The translations under genes and the position numbers were made by a program. From the IMG/VR virus record IMGVR_UViG_3300049228_000050, positions 1-27,278 of that record: 27,278 nt of DNA. One strand, 5' to 3'. How positions within the stretch are numbered: the first letter of the stretch is position 1; every line of letters starts with the position of its first letter. The notes below the pieces were generated by a model. That model did no database searches and was not told the DNA's origin. It saw only the letters and a list, made by a program, of their open reading frames with translations. Of the stretch, positions 9,684 through 18,146 are shown piece by piece. This DNA comes from a virus (lineage: Duplodnaviria; Caudoviricetes).

Positions 9684-9919
9684 AAGCTCCCCTGTTTTGC
9701 TGCTTCAACTATTGCCTGTAGAGCACGGATCACACTGCGCTGGCCCTCGACGTAATAAGCCCGGAATGGATGCGGGATATCGGCCGCCTCGATTTCTACC
9801 GACTCGCTCAACCGGTGGTGATAGACGCGCTCCATGTCTTCCAGTGCAATCGCGCCATTCGCGCTAGTGAACACATCCGCGTATACCCGCGCGATCCGCT
9901 CGCGCTCATCGCTCGTCAT
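9680..9919 (-). CDS. Bbp19-like small phage protein, 79 aa
   Basis: Y..VF.S.NG...LEDM...EGQRSV motif, between portal and scaffold. Confidence 0.8.
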   Translation of the reverse strand: MTSDERERIARVYADVFTSANGAIALEDMERVYHHRLSESVEIEAADIPHPFRAYYVEGQRSVIRALQAIVEAAKQGSL

Positions 9920-11529
9920 GCGGCCTGCATCTTCCCGGCCTTGCTCGCGAGATCAGCCGTCATTGCGATATCTTGTCGCTCCTGCATTGCTTGCTGTTGC
10001 TCTGCGCGCCCCTGGCGGATCGCGGCAACAGAATCATCGTCGCGCAACACCTCGGACGGGACGCCTTGTAGCAGAGCCGAGCGCTTTACCGCCTCATCCG
10101 CATCGAGTAAATCGAACGGCGAGGGATCGCCAGTCACCGCCGAGATATTGGCCGCCGTCTGGAATGCACGTTCGATTGCGATCACATCCGGCATTTGCTG
10201 TGCTCTGGCAAGCGGACCAATGTATTCGATATCGATTTCTTGATCCGTTAACTCTTGCGGTGGCGGCGGTAACATGCCGGCCCGCATCATCAGGCCAAAC
10301 GTGCGCTCGATAATCGGATTCAGCAACTCTGCCTGTAGCCGCCCGAGTGTCGGCCCCATCAACCGTTCCATCAGCTCCCATCGGATCTGGATCTCAGTCG
10401 CGGTCATGGGCTGAGACTGTGGCGGCGGAAGGCGTAGATGATCAGCAAAAAAACAGGATCGGATCTGAGCCTTGAGGTCTTGTATATCGAACTGCGCGAG
10501 ATCCATTCTGGCGCCGCTCGTGAGGTACTCCAACCGCGCATCGCGCTTGATGTAGGTGATCCCGTTCGGCACGGTGCGCACGGAACCAATAACGCCTTTG
10601 TCCTCAATCACCAGCGGCGGATCAATATCCTTCGCCGCTGCCCGGTGCATCATGCGCTTGGCAGAATTGAGGCTACGAATATCAGGCATCGCGGTGAATG
10701 CTGGGCCACGGCCCCAACCATCATCGTCCGCCGCAACGCGCCAGCGTGTGATGCTGGCCGGCATTTCCTCGTACCCGCCTTCGGCGATAATCACCTTATC
10801 CGTAACATTCACGTAGCACGATGCGTAGGGCATATTCGCTTGTCCACGCTTTCTTGGATCGTATTTCTCCCGTGGATAAATGGAGTGGATAATATCCAGC
10901 GGACGATGCTTATCCGTTGGCTGTGCATTTTCGGCTAGCGCTTGCTTTACGGTATCGCCGAGCATCTTTTTCCCTGGATGTTTTTCAAAGCGCTCAATGA
11001 TCTGAAGCGGCGACATTTTGAACTCACGGTATACGCTACTCGCGCGCCCCGCCGCATCCATTGTAAAAGTAAACTCGCCGACCGGCCACGCCATGAAATG
11101 CAATCGACCATTGACCATTTCGGTGTACGGGCAAGCGGTCGAAAAACCAATGAGATCTAGATACACCTCATCGATAGCCTGGTAGAAATTCGATTTCGCG
11201 ATTGCGCCTAACATCAAGTCCCGGCAATCCTCTAACCAATCACGTATCGCGCGCTCAGCGTTTAGTTCTTCGTTGGCCGTGCCAAGTGAAAACCACTTAG
11301 ACGCCTGCGGTGTGAGAGTTGAGGCTAAGTTGCCGGCTAATATTTCCGCCGCCTCTACGGCCGTCGAATCGTATCGCTCGACGCCCCGGCGCTGCCCCGG
11401 AGTAGAGAAGCGCGTGACGTTGCTCCTATCCGGCAACACGTAGTCCACGACCTCCTGAAAAAACGTCGCGACAACAGATTTCCGCGCCTTTAAATAGGCG
11501 TTTTCATCGATGACTTTTTGCGCATCCAT
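9916..11529 (-). CDS. Portal protein (head-tail connector, T7 gp8-like), 537 aa
   Basis: YDSTA, RW....GWGRGP...A.PD, MTATEI..R.....LGP..GRLQ.ELL.P and IEYIGPLARAQ motifs. Confidence 0.95.
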   Translation of the reverse strand: MDAQKVIDENAYLKARKSVVATFFQEVVDYVLPDRSNVTRFSTPGQRRGVERYDSTAVEAAEILAGNLASTLTPQASKWFSLGTANEELNAERAIRDWLEDCRDLMLGAIAKSNFYQAIDEVYLDLIGFSTACPYTEMVNGRLHFMAWPVGEFTFTMDAAGRASSVYREFKMSPLQIIERFEKHPGKKMLGDTVKQALAENAQPTDKHRPLDIIHSIYPREKYDPRKRGQANMPYASCYVNVTDKVIIAEGGYEEMPASITRWRVAADDDGWGRGPAFTAMPDIRSLNSAKRMMHRAAAKDIDPPLVIEDKGVIGSVRTVPNGITYIKRDARLEYLTSGARMDLAQFDIQDLKAQIRSCFFADHLRLPPPQSQPMTATEIQIRWELMERLMGPTLGRLQAELLNPIIERTFGLMMRAGMLPPPPQELTDQEIDIEYIGPLARAQQMPDVIAIERAFQTAANISAVTGDPSPFDLLDADEAVKRSALLQGVPSEVLRDDDSVAAIRQGRAEQQQAMQERQDIAMTADLASKAGKMQAA

Positions 11530-12674
11530 TAGCCCGACAACCTCGTAGCGCCACCGAGCAACTGAGGACGGCTAAGCGATGGCGCAAGCAATGTATTGCC
11601 CCATGAGTGGGTAGTTTGAGTGATCCGCCGTCGGCGTAATTCTTTCTCGCGCTGCAATTCATCTTCCGTTGCCGCGACCGCCGGCGGCGGTGACGCTGTG
11701 ATCGCTGCGGGAGCCGATGGCGCCGAGGAAGTTAGCGCGTTAGCCGCTAGCGCAGTGCCGGCCAAGACCGCCCCTTTGCCGAGGATCTCTTTGGCGGCTA
11801 AGCCTAGGTTAGCTGCCGATAAAAGCGTATCCACATTGGCTACCGCTGCCTTGCCCACCGACGCAACTTTAGACAACAACGAGCCGCCTGTAGTCGCCAC
11901 AGATGTAGCCACACTACCAGCGCTCGGCAGCGCCGCCGATGGCGTGCTAGAAAACAAAGATCCGAATGTGCGTTGCACCCCGCCGCCAGCGACAAATTGT
12001 GTGCCGCGACCGATCCCATACCCACTGAGGCCACCGAGCAGCGCGCCACCTACCCCACCTGTCGCGCCACCCACTGCCGCGCCTATTCCCGCCGACACGG
12101 CCGGGCCTATGCCGGGGATAAACGATGCAGCGACTTGCGCGCCCACCGATAGTACTTTGCCGATTGTAGAGTCGAGGAAGCTATTCGATTTTGCCATGCG
12201 CCGAGTGAGATCCTGCGCATACCAATTGGCAGAGTTAATCAGGCCCTGATCACCTGTTTGGCTTGGATTGTTTTTGTAATAATCCGGCGCGTATTTCTCG
12301 TAATCTCCGCCCGTGGATTTGATGTAGCCCTTAACATCGTCCAAAAATGTCGGGGCTCCTGGATCTATGCCGGCAGCCCAGAGTCCGCCGTATTGGCCAC
12401 CTGTGTTTTTGTAGTCGTAGGCATTAACTCCGCTATCGAGGCCGGCGTTAAACTTTGCCCCTAGCGGCCCGACCGTGCCCGTAGCTGGGCGCGCATATCC
12501 CGATGGCGCCGCTACTGGTGCAGCCACCGGGGCAGCGACTGGCGCCGGGGTCTGGGCAGCGACTGGCGCGGCCGGTGTTGGGGCGCGATACCCACGCCCG
12601 TAGACGCCACTCATGAGAGGATTTAGCAGCGGATCGTATGGATCGCCAGGTTTGCGGAACAAATTAATGGCCAT
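11529..12674 (-). CDS. Pre-portal virion protein, Gly/Ala/Pro-rich, 381 aa
   Basis: The C-terminal PPPAV..RRRR...LLG pattern is typical of the small gene before podophage portals. Also has a glycine-zipper segment and APVAA repeats. Confidence 0.6.
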   Translation of the reverse strand: MAINLFRKPGDPYDPLLNPLMSGVYGRGYRAPTPAAPVAAQTPAPVAAPVAAPVAAPSGYARPATGTVGPLGAKFNAGLDSGVNAYDYKNTGGQYGGLWAAGIDPGAPTFLDDVKGYIKSTGGDYEKYAPDYYKNNPSQTGDQGLINSANWYAQDLTRRMAKSNSFLDSTIGKVLSVGAQVAASFIPGIGPAVSAGIGAAVGGATGGVGGALLGGLSGYGIGRGTQFVAGGGVQRTFGSLFSSTPSAALPSAGSVATSVATTGGSLLSKVASVGKAAVANVDTLLSAANLGLAAKEILGKGAVLAGTALAANALTSSAPSAPAAITASPPPAVAATEDELQREKELRRRRITQTTHSWGNTLLAPSLSRPQLLGGATRLSG

Positions 12675-14364
12675 ATTCTTGCCGCCTTTCTGTTGCGTTT
12701 ATGCGCCCAAAACTCGGCCGCTGTAAATCGTATCCTACCGCAATCGGATCGAATTCATTCAGCGCTATTTCCTGCCGCTCTAGCCCATCATCGCGGACTG
12801 CGGTGACGCTTAGCGCCATGATGAGCGCATCGGCCAAGTTCGGCGAGGATACGCCGCGCCTACGCATATCGGCTTTTGCTTCTACCTGGATTTTGCCGTT
12901 CGCGGAGAATTTGCGCATGGGCCGACTAAGCTCGGCTTGCAGTTCTTGGAGCCGCGTGCACTTCCCGTCGATCGCAATTAGCTCCTCGATATTCGCCAAT
13001 GCCGGGAACCCTGCGCGTGCGCGCTCGACGGCTTTGTAAGTAGCCGCAAATCGTGCCCGTGCCCAACTCCAAGTTTGCGCGCGATAGTTCTGGTAGGTGT
13101 CTGAGTTGCTTTTTTCGCCAGCCTGTCCCTTGGCGTGTCGCCCTGGATCAATTACCCCGCTAGACCCGTGATATGCAGTGATATCGATCCGTCCTGGATT
13201 CAGACTCTTGAGCACCGTTTTCATGACTGGCGCGCCCATCCCATCGCCATCGTAGATCAGCACATCGGCGCGGAACTCGTCGGCCACCCGAAACGCCCAT
13301 TGCGTAGCATCACCAGCATCACCCTCGCTCTTGATTTCCGCGCCTAGGATCACCGAGCCATGGCGATTTACCACGGCCTTTGCATCGCCTACATCGGCCG
13401 GATCGAATCCAGTAGCACGCACGCCTGATGGCGCGATGCCTAGTGACTTATGCGCATCGATTGATGCCACTACCCACTTAGCGGGGATAAACGAATCCTC
13501 GGACGAGGCGTTGTAATCGAGATCGATTTCCTGCGCGACCGTGAGATCCGATTGCTCTTCGCGCTGCCGCTGATACCACGCATCATCCTTGCGCGGATCA
13601 TCGCGCCACGAAAACGTGAATACACGAAGCGTATTCGCGAAGCGCATGCGTTTTTTGTAGAACGCGTTTCCGCTCCCGTTGGGCGTGCTGATATCGATTT
13701 GGCAGTTGGTAGTTTGGGACAACGCCGCATCGACTGTATCTTGGCGCTCGATAAATGCCGCCTCATCCACCAGATAAATACTGGTTCGGCCGCCGCGCCC
13801 AATCTCATCGCCAGCCTCGCCCGTGATCGTTCCGCCACCCACTGGATTGATCAACCGCATATGTGCGCTACATGTGCGCTCGCTGTAGCCACGCGGCAAG
13901 AATTCATGCGGCAATTGCGCAAGGAAAAAACGCAGTTTCTCAAAAATACTTTTCGGATCTCCGCGCTTGTCTACGAGCTCCTCTTTGCGCGATCCAAAAC
14001 CTACCGTGAATCCCGGCACAAATAACCACATAGAAATAGCAAAGCCCACGGATAGCCACGTTACGCCGCAGTCTCGGGACTTATCGCACAGTCCACGTTC
14101 GCCGCTTTGCCATCGTGCCAGCAACCAATGGATATATTCAGTTTGTTTGGGCCACAGGACAAAGGGGATTGTTGAGATCAATCCGCGCTCTAGATTTCTA
14201 GGCTCGAAGGTTACGCCCCAGTCTGAAATAAATTCCGCCGGAGCATTACGATAATGTGCGGCGAGTGCGGGAAAAGCGCCTGGTGTGGCGCGTAGGCGAT
14301 TTAGGTTGTTCGCGCGCTCGGCGATGATCGAGGTGTAGTCAGGATTGCGGTAATCAAGAGCCAC
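12664..14364 (-). CDS. terL: Terminase large subunit, 566 aa
   Basis: KSRDCG Walker A variant, YLVDEAAF Walker B, ISTPNG coupling motif, nuclease GFDPAD and SPNLADA. Confidence 0.95.
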   Translation of the reverse strand: MALDYRNPDYTSIIAERANNLNRLRATPGAFPALAAHYRNAPAEFISDWGVTFEPRNLERGLISTIPFVLWPKQTEYIHWLLARWQSGERGLCDKSRDCGVTWLSVGFAISMWLFVPGFTVGFGSRKEELVDKRGDPKSIFEKLRFFLAQLPHEFLPRGYSERTCSAHMRLINPVGGGTITGEAGDEIGRGGRTSIYLVDEAAFIERQDTVDAALSQTTNCQIDISTPNGSGNAFYKKRMRFANTLRVFTFSWRDDPRKDDAWYQRQREEQSDLTVAQEIDLDYNASSEDSFIPAKWVVASIDAHKSLGIAPSGVRATGFDPADVGDAKAVVNRHGSVILGAEIKSEGDAGDATQWAFRVADEFRADVLIYDGDGMGAPVMKTVLKSLNPGRIDITAYHGSSGVIDPGRHAKGQAGEKSNSDTYQNYRAQTWSWARARFAATYKAVERARAGFPALANIEELIAIDGKCTRLQELQAELSRPMRKFSANGKIQVEAKADMRRRGVSSPNLADALIMALSVTAVRDDGLERQEIALNEFDPIAVGYDLQRPSFGRINATERRQEYGH

Positions 14365-14872
14365 GCTTGATCAGCTCGGCATATTTTTTTGCCGCATCCT
14401 CGGGTGAGAGATTGCGTAAATCAGCGCTCGTGATCGGTGGCAGGGAATCGGAGCCGCCAATCGAATGCTCTACTCTATCACCGTATTTTTTCGGCAGCAT
14501 TTTGCTCATTAGCCACTTGCGCGTATCGAGGCGTAGACGAGAGCGCTGAGAGTGTTCGCCGTTGTGCTTGTAGCCGGGATTATTTGGATCGTTTGATGCC
14601 ATCCAATCATTCTTACCATCGTCTGCGATCTCTAGCAGTTCATCGGCCATTTTCTCAGTGCGAGAATTGATCGCTTTTGCGTATTTGTTAGCAAGTTTTT
14701 GATCGGCTTCGATCCACTCGTGGAAAACTACGCGGCTGATACACCAGTCTTTTTCCTGGGATATTTTATAAAACGATTCGCCGTGTGAGATCCGCTCACA
14801 TATGCGGTCGACAATTGCAGCTTTTTCGTCCGCGCTATACGGATCGTGCATTGTTCCTTTGCGCTTAATCAT
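14354..14872 (-). CDS. terS: Terminase small subunit (Sf6 gp1-like HTH), 172 aa
   Basis: ICERISHGES, ADELLEIADD and QRSRLRLDTRKWLMSKMLPKKYGD motifs; directly upstream of terL. Confidence 0.92.
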   Translation of the reverse strand: MIKRKGTMHDPYSADEKAAIVDRICERISHGESFYKISQEKDWCISRVVFHEWIEADQKLANKYAKAINSRTEKMADELLEIADDGKNDWMASNDPNNPGYKHNGEHSQRSRLRLDTRKWLMSKMLPKKYGDRVEHSIGGSDSLPPITSADLRNLSPEDAAKKYAELIKRGS

Positions 14873-15042
14873 CCCGAGATTGCCTTATGCGCGAGATATC
14901 CGAGAGCCGCGACAAACGCGGTGCTAAGCATCCACTCGATGGCGGCGGCCGTTAGCCACTTGAGGCGGTACATGAGCGGGCGCCGTGATTTTGTTGCATG
15001 CCAATAGATTACAGCGGCATACCGGATTAGTCGATTGCTCAT
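14869..15042 (-). CDS. Small putative membrane protein, 57 aa
   Basis: Manually translated MSNRLIRYAAVIYWHATKSRRPLMYRLKWLTAAAIEWMLSTAFVAALGYLAHKAISG; stop overlaps the terS start (ATGA). Alternative start at 14973. Confidence 0.5.
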   Translation of the reverse strand: MSNRLIRYAAVIYWHATKSRRPLMYRLKWLTAAAIEWMLSTAFVAALGYLAHKAISG

Positions 15043-15254
15043 TGCGGTGTAGTGCCGGGAGATAGGCCCATGGGGTGTCCCGGGACACGGGAAGCGTCCG
15101 TTTGCCCTCCCGTTATGTTTTCGCCGTGGCTTACTTTCCTGGTTCGGCCAGGGAAATAATTTTCCGGCCGTTGATGCAAACGAGACCGGAAAATGAACGA
15201 TGCGCTTAAAGCCCTTTAGGATCTGGGCAATTAGGCAAAGGAGATCTTTCTTAA

Positions 15255-15293
15255 AAGATACGGCACGAAAACCATTGTCAAGCGGTTTTTTTT
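15255..15293 (-). promoter_or_regulatory. Candidate sigma70-type promoter for the packaging/morphogenesis operon
   Basis: Perfect TTGACA (15281-15276) preceded by an A-tract; TATCTT follows after a short 15-nt spacer. Confidence 0.4.
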
Positions 15294-15325
15294 GTTCTTT
15301 GTATTCAATTAGTTAGAGGAGAGCC

Positions 15326-15353
15326 ATTTAACATAATATCTGCGACGAAGTTG
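15326..15353 (-). other. dif-like site: perfect XerD arm, degenerate XerC arm
   Basis: Minus strand CAACTTCGTCG-CAGATA-TTATGTTAAAT; the last 11 nt equal the canonical XerD arm. Confidence 0.55.
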
Positions 15354-15383
15354 CATAATGACATTCTGAGCTCTTGCTGAGGC

Positions 15384-15392
15384 TGTGGATAA
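15384..15392 (-). promoter_or_regulatory. Consensus DnaA box
   Basis: TGTGGATAA is the reverse complement of TTATCCACA; single copy. Confidence 0.45.
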
Positions 15393-15396
15393 CTCA

Positions 15397-15418
15397 AATG
15401 TTAGTGGTTACTAACATT
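15397..15418. promoter_or_regulatory. Inverted repeat, operator-like
   Basis: AATGTTAGT-GGTT-ACTAACATT, perfect 9-bp arms. Confidence 0.55.
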
Positions 15419-15539
15419 CCTTGGCACGCTCCTTGATCACTGACAATTTGCGTCACATTCTGACGTCACATTCTGCCGCTGAGCGGCACTTACCGTTTGT
15501 CCTACACGTCAAAACCCGCCTAGATCCTAGCAAGCCACC

Positions 15540-15556
15540 TTGGCATGGAGGATGCA
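15540..15556 (+). promoter_or_regulatory. Candidate sigma54 (-24/-12) promoter
   Basis: TTGGCAT-GGAGG-ATGCA has correct GG/GC spacing and lies just upstream of a GGAG RBS and ATG 15600. A near-copy TTGGCACGCTCCTTGAT is at 15421. Confidence 0.6.
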
Positions 15557-15599
15557 TTATCTATCTCGTAAGCAAACAAAATCTATCTGGAGACGCGAC

Positions 15600-15887
15600 A
15601 TGACAATCATCACATTATCCCAGGCTGGCAACTACGCACGGATCGTCACGAGCTGCAAAGGCAGCTGGAAATACCAAGACGCATACCGGATAGCCACATA
15701 TCTTCCTTTCCCATCAGCCGATGGGAAAAGACTGCTCATGAAATCTCAAGGGACTGGGTCCAAGTTTGCGCTCACAAAAAAGACGGCGCACAAATGGACG
15801 CGCTATGACACCGGATCGCTGCACAACGCGGAAGTGATAGCCACTATCACTGATGATTTTGGCGATCAGTGCCTGGTGATCAAATGA
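15600..15887 (+). CDS. Hypothetical protein, 95 aa
   Basis: Start reassigned to ATG 15600 (GGAG at 15589-15592). Confidence 0.7.
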   Translation: MTIITLSQAGNYARIVTSCKGSWKYQDAYRIATYLPFPSADGKRLLMKSQGTGSKFALTKKTAHKWTRYDTGSLHNAEVIATITDDFGDQCLVIK

Positions 15888-16036
15888 TCACCATCGACTG
15901 CCACCCGGCCGACGCCGCTGACATCACGGCCTACGCCGCCTACCTCGCCGAGCGCCGCTTTTTGGCGCTGGCGATAAGGGCTGGAAGGAAGCAGAAATCA
16001 ATACCGAAAGAGGGAGAATTGGCGCATCGCGCCTAA
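15884..16036 (+). CDS. Hypothetical protein, 50 aa
   Basis: ATGA overlap; MITIDCHPADAADITAYAAYLAERRFLALAIRAGRKQKSIPKEGELAHRA; stop overlaps the convergent nuclease stop. Confidence 0.55.
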   Translation: MITIDCHPADAADITAYAAYLAERRFLALAIRAGRKQKSIPKEGELAHRA

Positions 16037-16383
16037 AACGGTAGATCATCGCCGAGCGCCTGACGGGCGGTGATCTGCTGCTGCGGGAGCGCGTTAGGGG
16101 GCGCCCCGGTAATCACCCGGATCGCCTCCTCAACCGAGGTGGCCACATGGATCTTGGCCTGCTGCCAGCGATGCCAGGTGGCTTGCTCCGGAGTCAGTCG
16201 TCGTTTGCTCGGCGACTTGGCCCCATCCTTGATCTCGATGAGGTGCCAGCGCTGGCGGTAGCTCACGACCAAATCCGGGAAGCCACCCCCGACGGCGGAA
16301 GTATCGGTCACTGCGGCGCCAATATCCCGCAGCGCAGCAATAATCTCCCCGTGATTGGCATCCACGCGAGATGCCCGTCTCAC
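16033..16383 (-). CDS. VRR-NUC-like PD-(D/E)XK endonuclease (resolvase-like), 116 aa
   Basis: VDANH.EI..ALR..G, GFPDLVV, LIEIKDG and LTPEQ motifs. Confidence 0.88.
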   Translation of the reverse strand: MRRASRVDANHGEIIAALRDIGAAVTDTSAVGGGFPDLVVSYRQRWHLIEIKDGAKSPSKRRLTPEQATWHRWQQAKIHVATSVEEAIRVITGAPPNALPQQQITARQALGDDLPF

Positions 16384-16637
16384 GGCCTTGGCGCTCCGGC
16401 CGCCCTACGAGCCTCCCTGTACGCTGCGACATCGACCCGCACCCTACCTACCGCCTCCTCTCCGCGCGCCTCCCTGAGCGAGCCGTAGTAGCGGGAGCGG
16501 GCACTGGTAGGCTGCCTCGACAAAAAGCGCACGACGCAGCCGTAGCACGTGGTGTGGATCACATGGCTGTGCTCGGCACACGGGATGCACTCGGGATCGC
16601 GCGTCTCCGGCTCGGGGATCCAGCAGGCCTGCCTCAT
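16380..16637 (-). CDS. Hypothetical zinc-binding protein, 85 aa
   Basis: CIPC...CYGC; coupled to both neighbours. Confidence 0.6.
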   Translation of the reverse strand: MRQACWIPEPETRDPECIPCAEHSHVIHTTCYGCVVRFLSRQPTSARSRYYGSLREARGEEAVGRVRVDVAAYREARRAAGAPRP

Positions 16638-16801
16638 TGCTCAACCTCGTAACACCAGATTTCCAAGATTTGCACGTCGGCCTCAATGTTTCCCGTGAAA
16701 CGCTCCGCCACCTGCTCGCAAGTAGCCAACTCGGCGTACTCGTAGGCGCTCGCGCGGAGTCCGTCGGGGGTCCACAAAGCTATCAGCAGGATGGTGATCA
16801 T
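16634..16801 (-). CDS. Hypothetical protein, 55 aa
   Basis: Manually translated MITILLIALWTPDGLRASAYEYAELATCEQVAERFTGNIEADVQILEIWCYEVEQ; ATGA overlaps at both ends. Confidence 0.6.
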   Translation of the reverse strand: MITILLIALWTPDGLRASAYEYAELATCEQVAERFTGNIEADVQILEIWCYEVEQ

Positions 16802-17310
16802 CGCGCTCCGCGGCGCTCGTAGTAGGCCTCGACGGCCTTGCGTGCTCGCTCTTTCGCGGCATCGGCGCTGGTGTGGCCGTCGAGATCCGTGCCGGACTCT
16901 ATCTCCGCGGCGCTCGCGGCCGGATTGTAGGGCAGTTTTTTGCCGGGCGCCTTGCGCAACATCTCGCGCAAGAGGCGGTTAAATTCGCCGCGGTCCTCTT
17001 TGTGCTCGACCTGATAACTCGCCGCGATGAAAGCCCCCCAAGAATCCTCCTTATGCCGCGCGGAGAAATCGGCAAAGAGATCGCCACGCCAATCCAGTTG
17101 GCTCGCACGCCAGGCCTCAATGTCGTTGTTTTGGAGCGCCCGGTGGCGTCCGCACAGTCCGTCGTCGCCATCCGCGGTCGACGGGCACGACACTCGACAG
17201 GCAGCCCATCGGCTCTTGCCCTGGCCCCCTGCCTTCCAGCCGCACTGGCAACTCCGCGCGTATTCGCTCAGGGTTTCCGCGCACTCGGGGCACCGTTTCG
17301 CGTTTTTCAT
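16798..17310 (-). CDS. Zinc-ribbon protein downstream of the replication initiator
   Basis: Start ATG 17310 (ATGA overlap); CPEC...CQCG and C...C...LC..H. Confidence 0.65.
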   Translation of the reverse strand: MKNAKRCPECAETLSEYARSCQCGWKAGGQGKSRWAACRVSCPSTADGDDGLCGRHRALQNNDIEAWRASQLDWRGDLFADFSARHKEDSWGAFIAASYQVEHKEDRGEFNRLLREMLRKAPGKKLPYNPAASAAEIESGTDLDGHTSADAAKERARKAVEAYYERRGAR

Positions 17311-18029
17311 TCGCTCACCACACATTCGCCGATGTACTGGGAGAATTTCTCGCGATTGAATAGCGTCGCCGGGCGGAGGTACAGCCTAAACCGGTCATCT
17401 TTCGCCCACTCGCGGACCTTGCGGGCGATTACCTGTCGGCATTCTCCGGGGGTAAATCCCTCCTTGAGGCGAGCATTCACAAAATCGAGATTGACCTTGG
17501 TCGGCCGGTAGGCGCGCCCCGCCTTTTCGTTCAGGAATTCGATAATTGCTCTCGCCTCGTCGAGTTTACTCGACATAGTACCGTTAGGTACTCTTGCTTC
17601 TGCTATCGGTTGATTCCGGTTGACGCGGTTGACGTTGTCGACAGATGTTGACGCTTTAAGCTTGCTACGCCGCTCGCGCTGTTTTTCCTTGAGATATTCA
17701 CGACGCTCGGCAGAGCGCATCACTTCTCGGTATTTTTTGTAGTTGGTGATAAACCACCCCCAAACTCGATGGGCATCGAGCCGGATGATTCGGCGTCCCT
17801 CCTCGCCTTGTGTCCGGCTCCGTTCATCCGGAGCCTCTAATTCCGAGATCCCCCGCTGGATGAAGTCAATTGGCCAACCAGTAGTGCCGGCGATAGCTTC
17901 CGGGGTCATATCAATCATGCCGTCTTGGTCGCACAGTGATAGAAGCACCATAAAGACAGCGGACGCCTCAAACCTGCCATATAACGATCCGCCCCACATC
18001 GATCCGAATAACTTGGAGAATCCAGCCAC
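17307..18029 (-). CDS. Phage replication initiator (wHTH-type N-terminus plus Phg_2220_C-like C-terminus)
   Basis: KLF.SM..GSL...EEGRRI...GW.I.NY.KYR N-domain; FLNEKAGR.Y...ARLKEG...YLRPATLF..KF..Y C-domain; internal repeats. Probable start GTG 18029 behind AGGAG. Confidence 0.85.
   Translation of the reverse strand: MAGFSKLFGSMWGGSLYGRFEASAVFMVLLSLCDQDGMIDMTPEAIAGTTGWPIDFIQRGISELEAPDERSRTQGEEGRRIIRLDAHRVWGWFITNYKKYREVMRSAERREYLKEKQRERRSKLKASTSVDNVNRVNRNQPIAEARVPNGTMSSKLDEARAIIEFLNEKAGRAYRPTKVNLDFVNARLKEGFTPGECRQVIARKVREWAKDDRFRLYLRPATLFNREKFSQYIGECVVSE
17608..17653. repeat. Iteron-like GTTGAC repeats inside the initiator gene (putative origin)
   Basis: GGTTGAT, GGTTGAC, GGTTGAC, TGTCGAC, TGTTGAC at 9-10 bp period in the interdomain linker. 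Confidence 0.7.
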
Positions 18030-18046
18030 AGACCACACTCCTATAA

Positions 18047-18074
18047 TGTTGACGAGTGTTGACGAGTGTATACA
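18047..18074. repeat. Iteron copies upstream of the initiator RBS
   Basis: TGTTGACGAG TGTTGACGAG TGTATACA, 10-bp period. Confidence 0.7.
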
Positions 18075-18146
18075 TCAGACCGCACCCGTGCCAGCGGGGG
18101 TGCGCGGGACAGTCCCGGATTGTCCGGGACATTTTTAATCGTCGCC

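Noticed and set aside
7188-11529. Diversity-generating retroelement suggested by BPP-1-like head genes
   Set aside because: No reverse transcriptase or adenine-variant TR/VR pair seen. The 67-bp repeat is not at the end of a receptor-binding gene. A DGR could lie outside the window.
16-14670. Numerous plus-strand and out-of-frame ORFs over the morphogenesis genes
   Set aside because: Shadows of long, motif-bearing, coupled minus-strand genes; no recognisable motifs.
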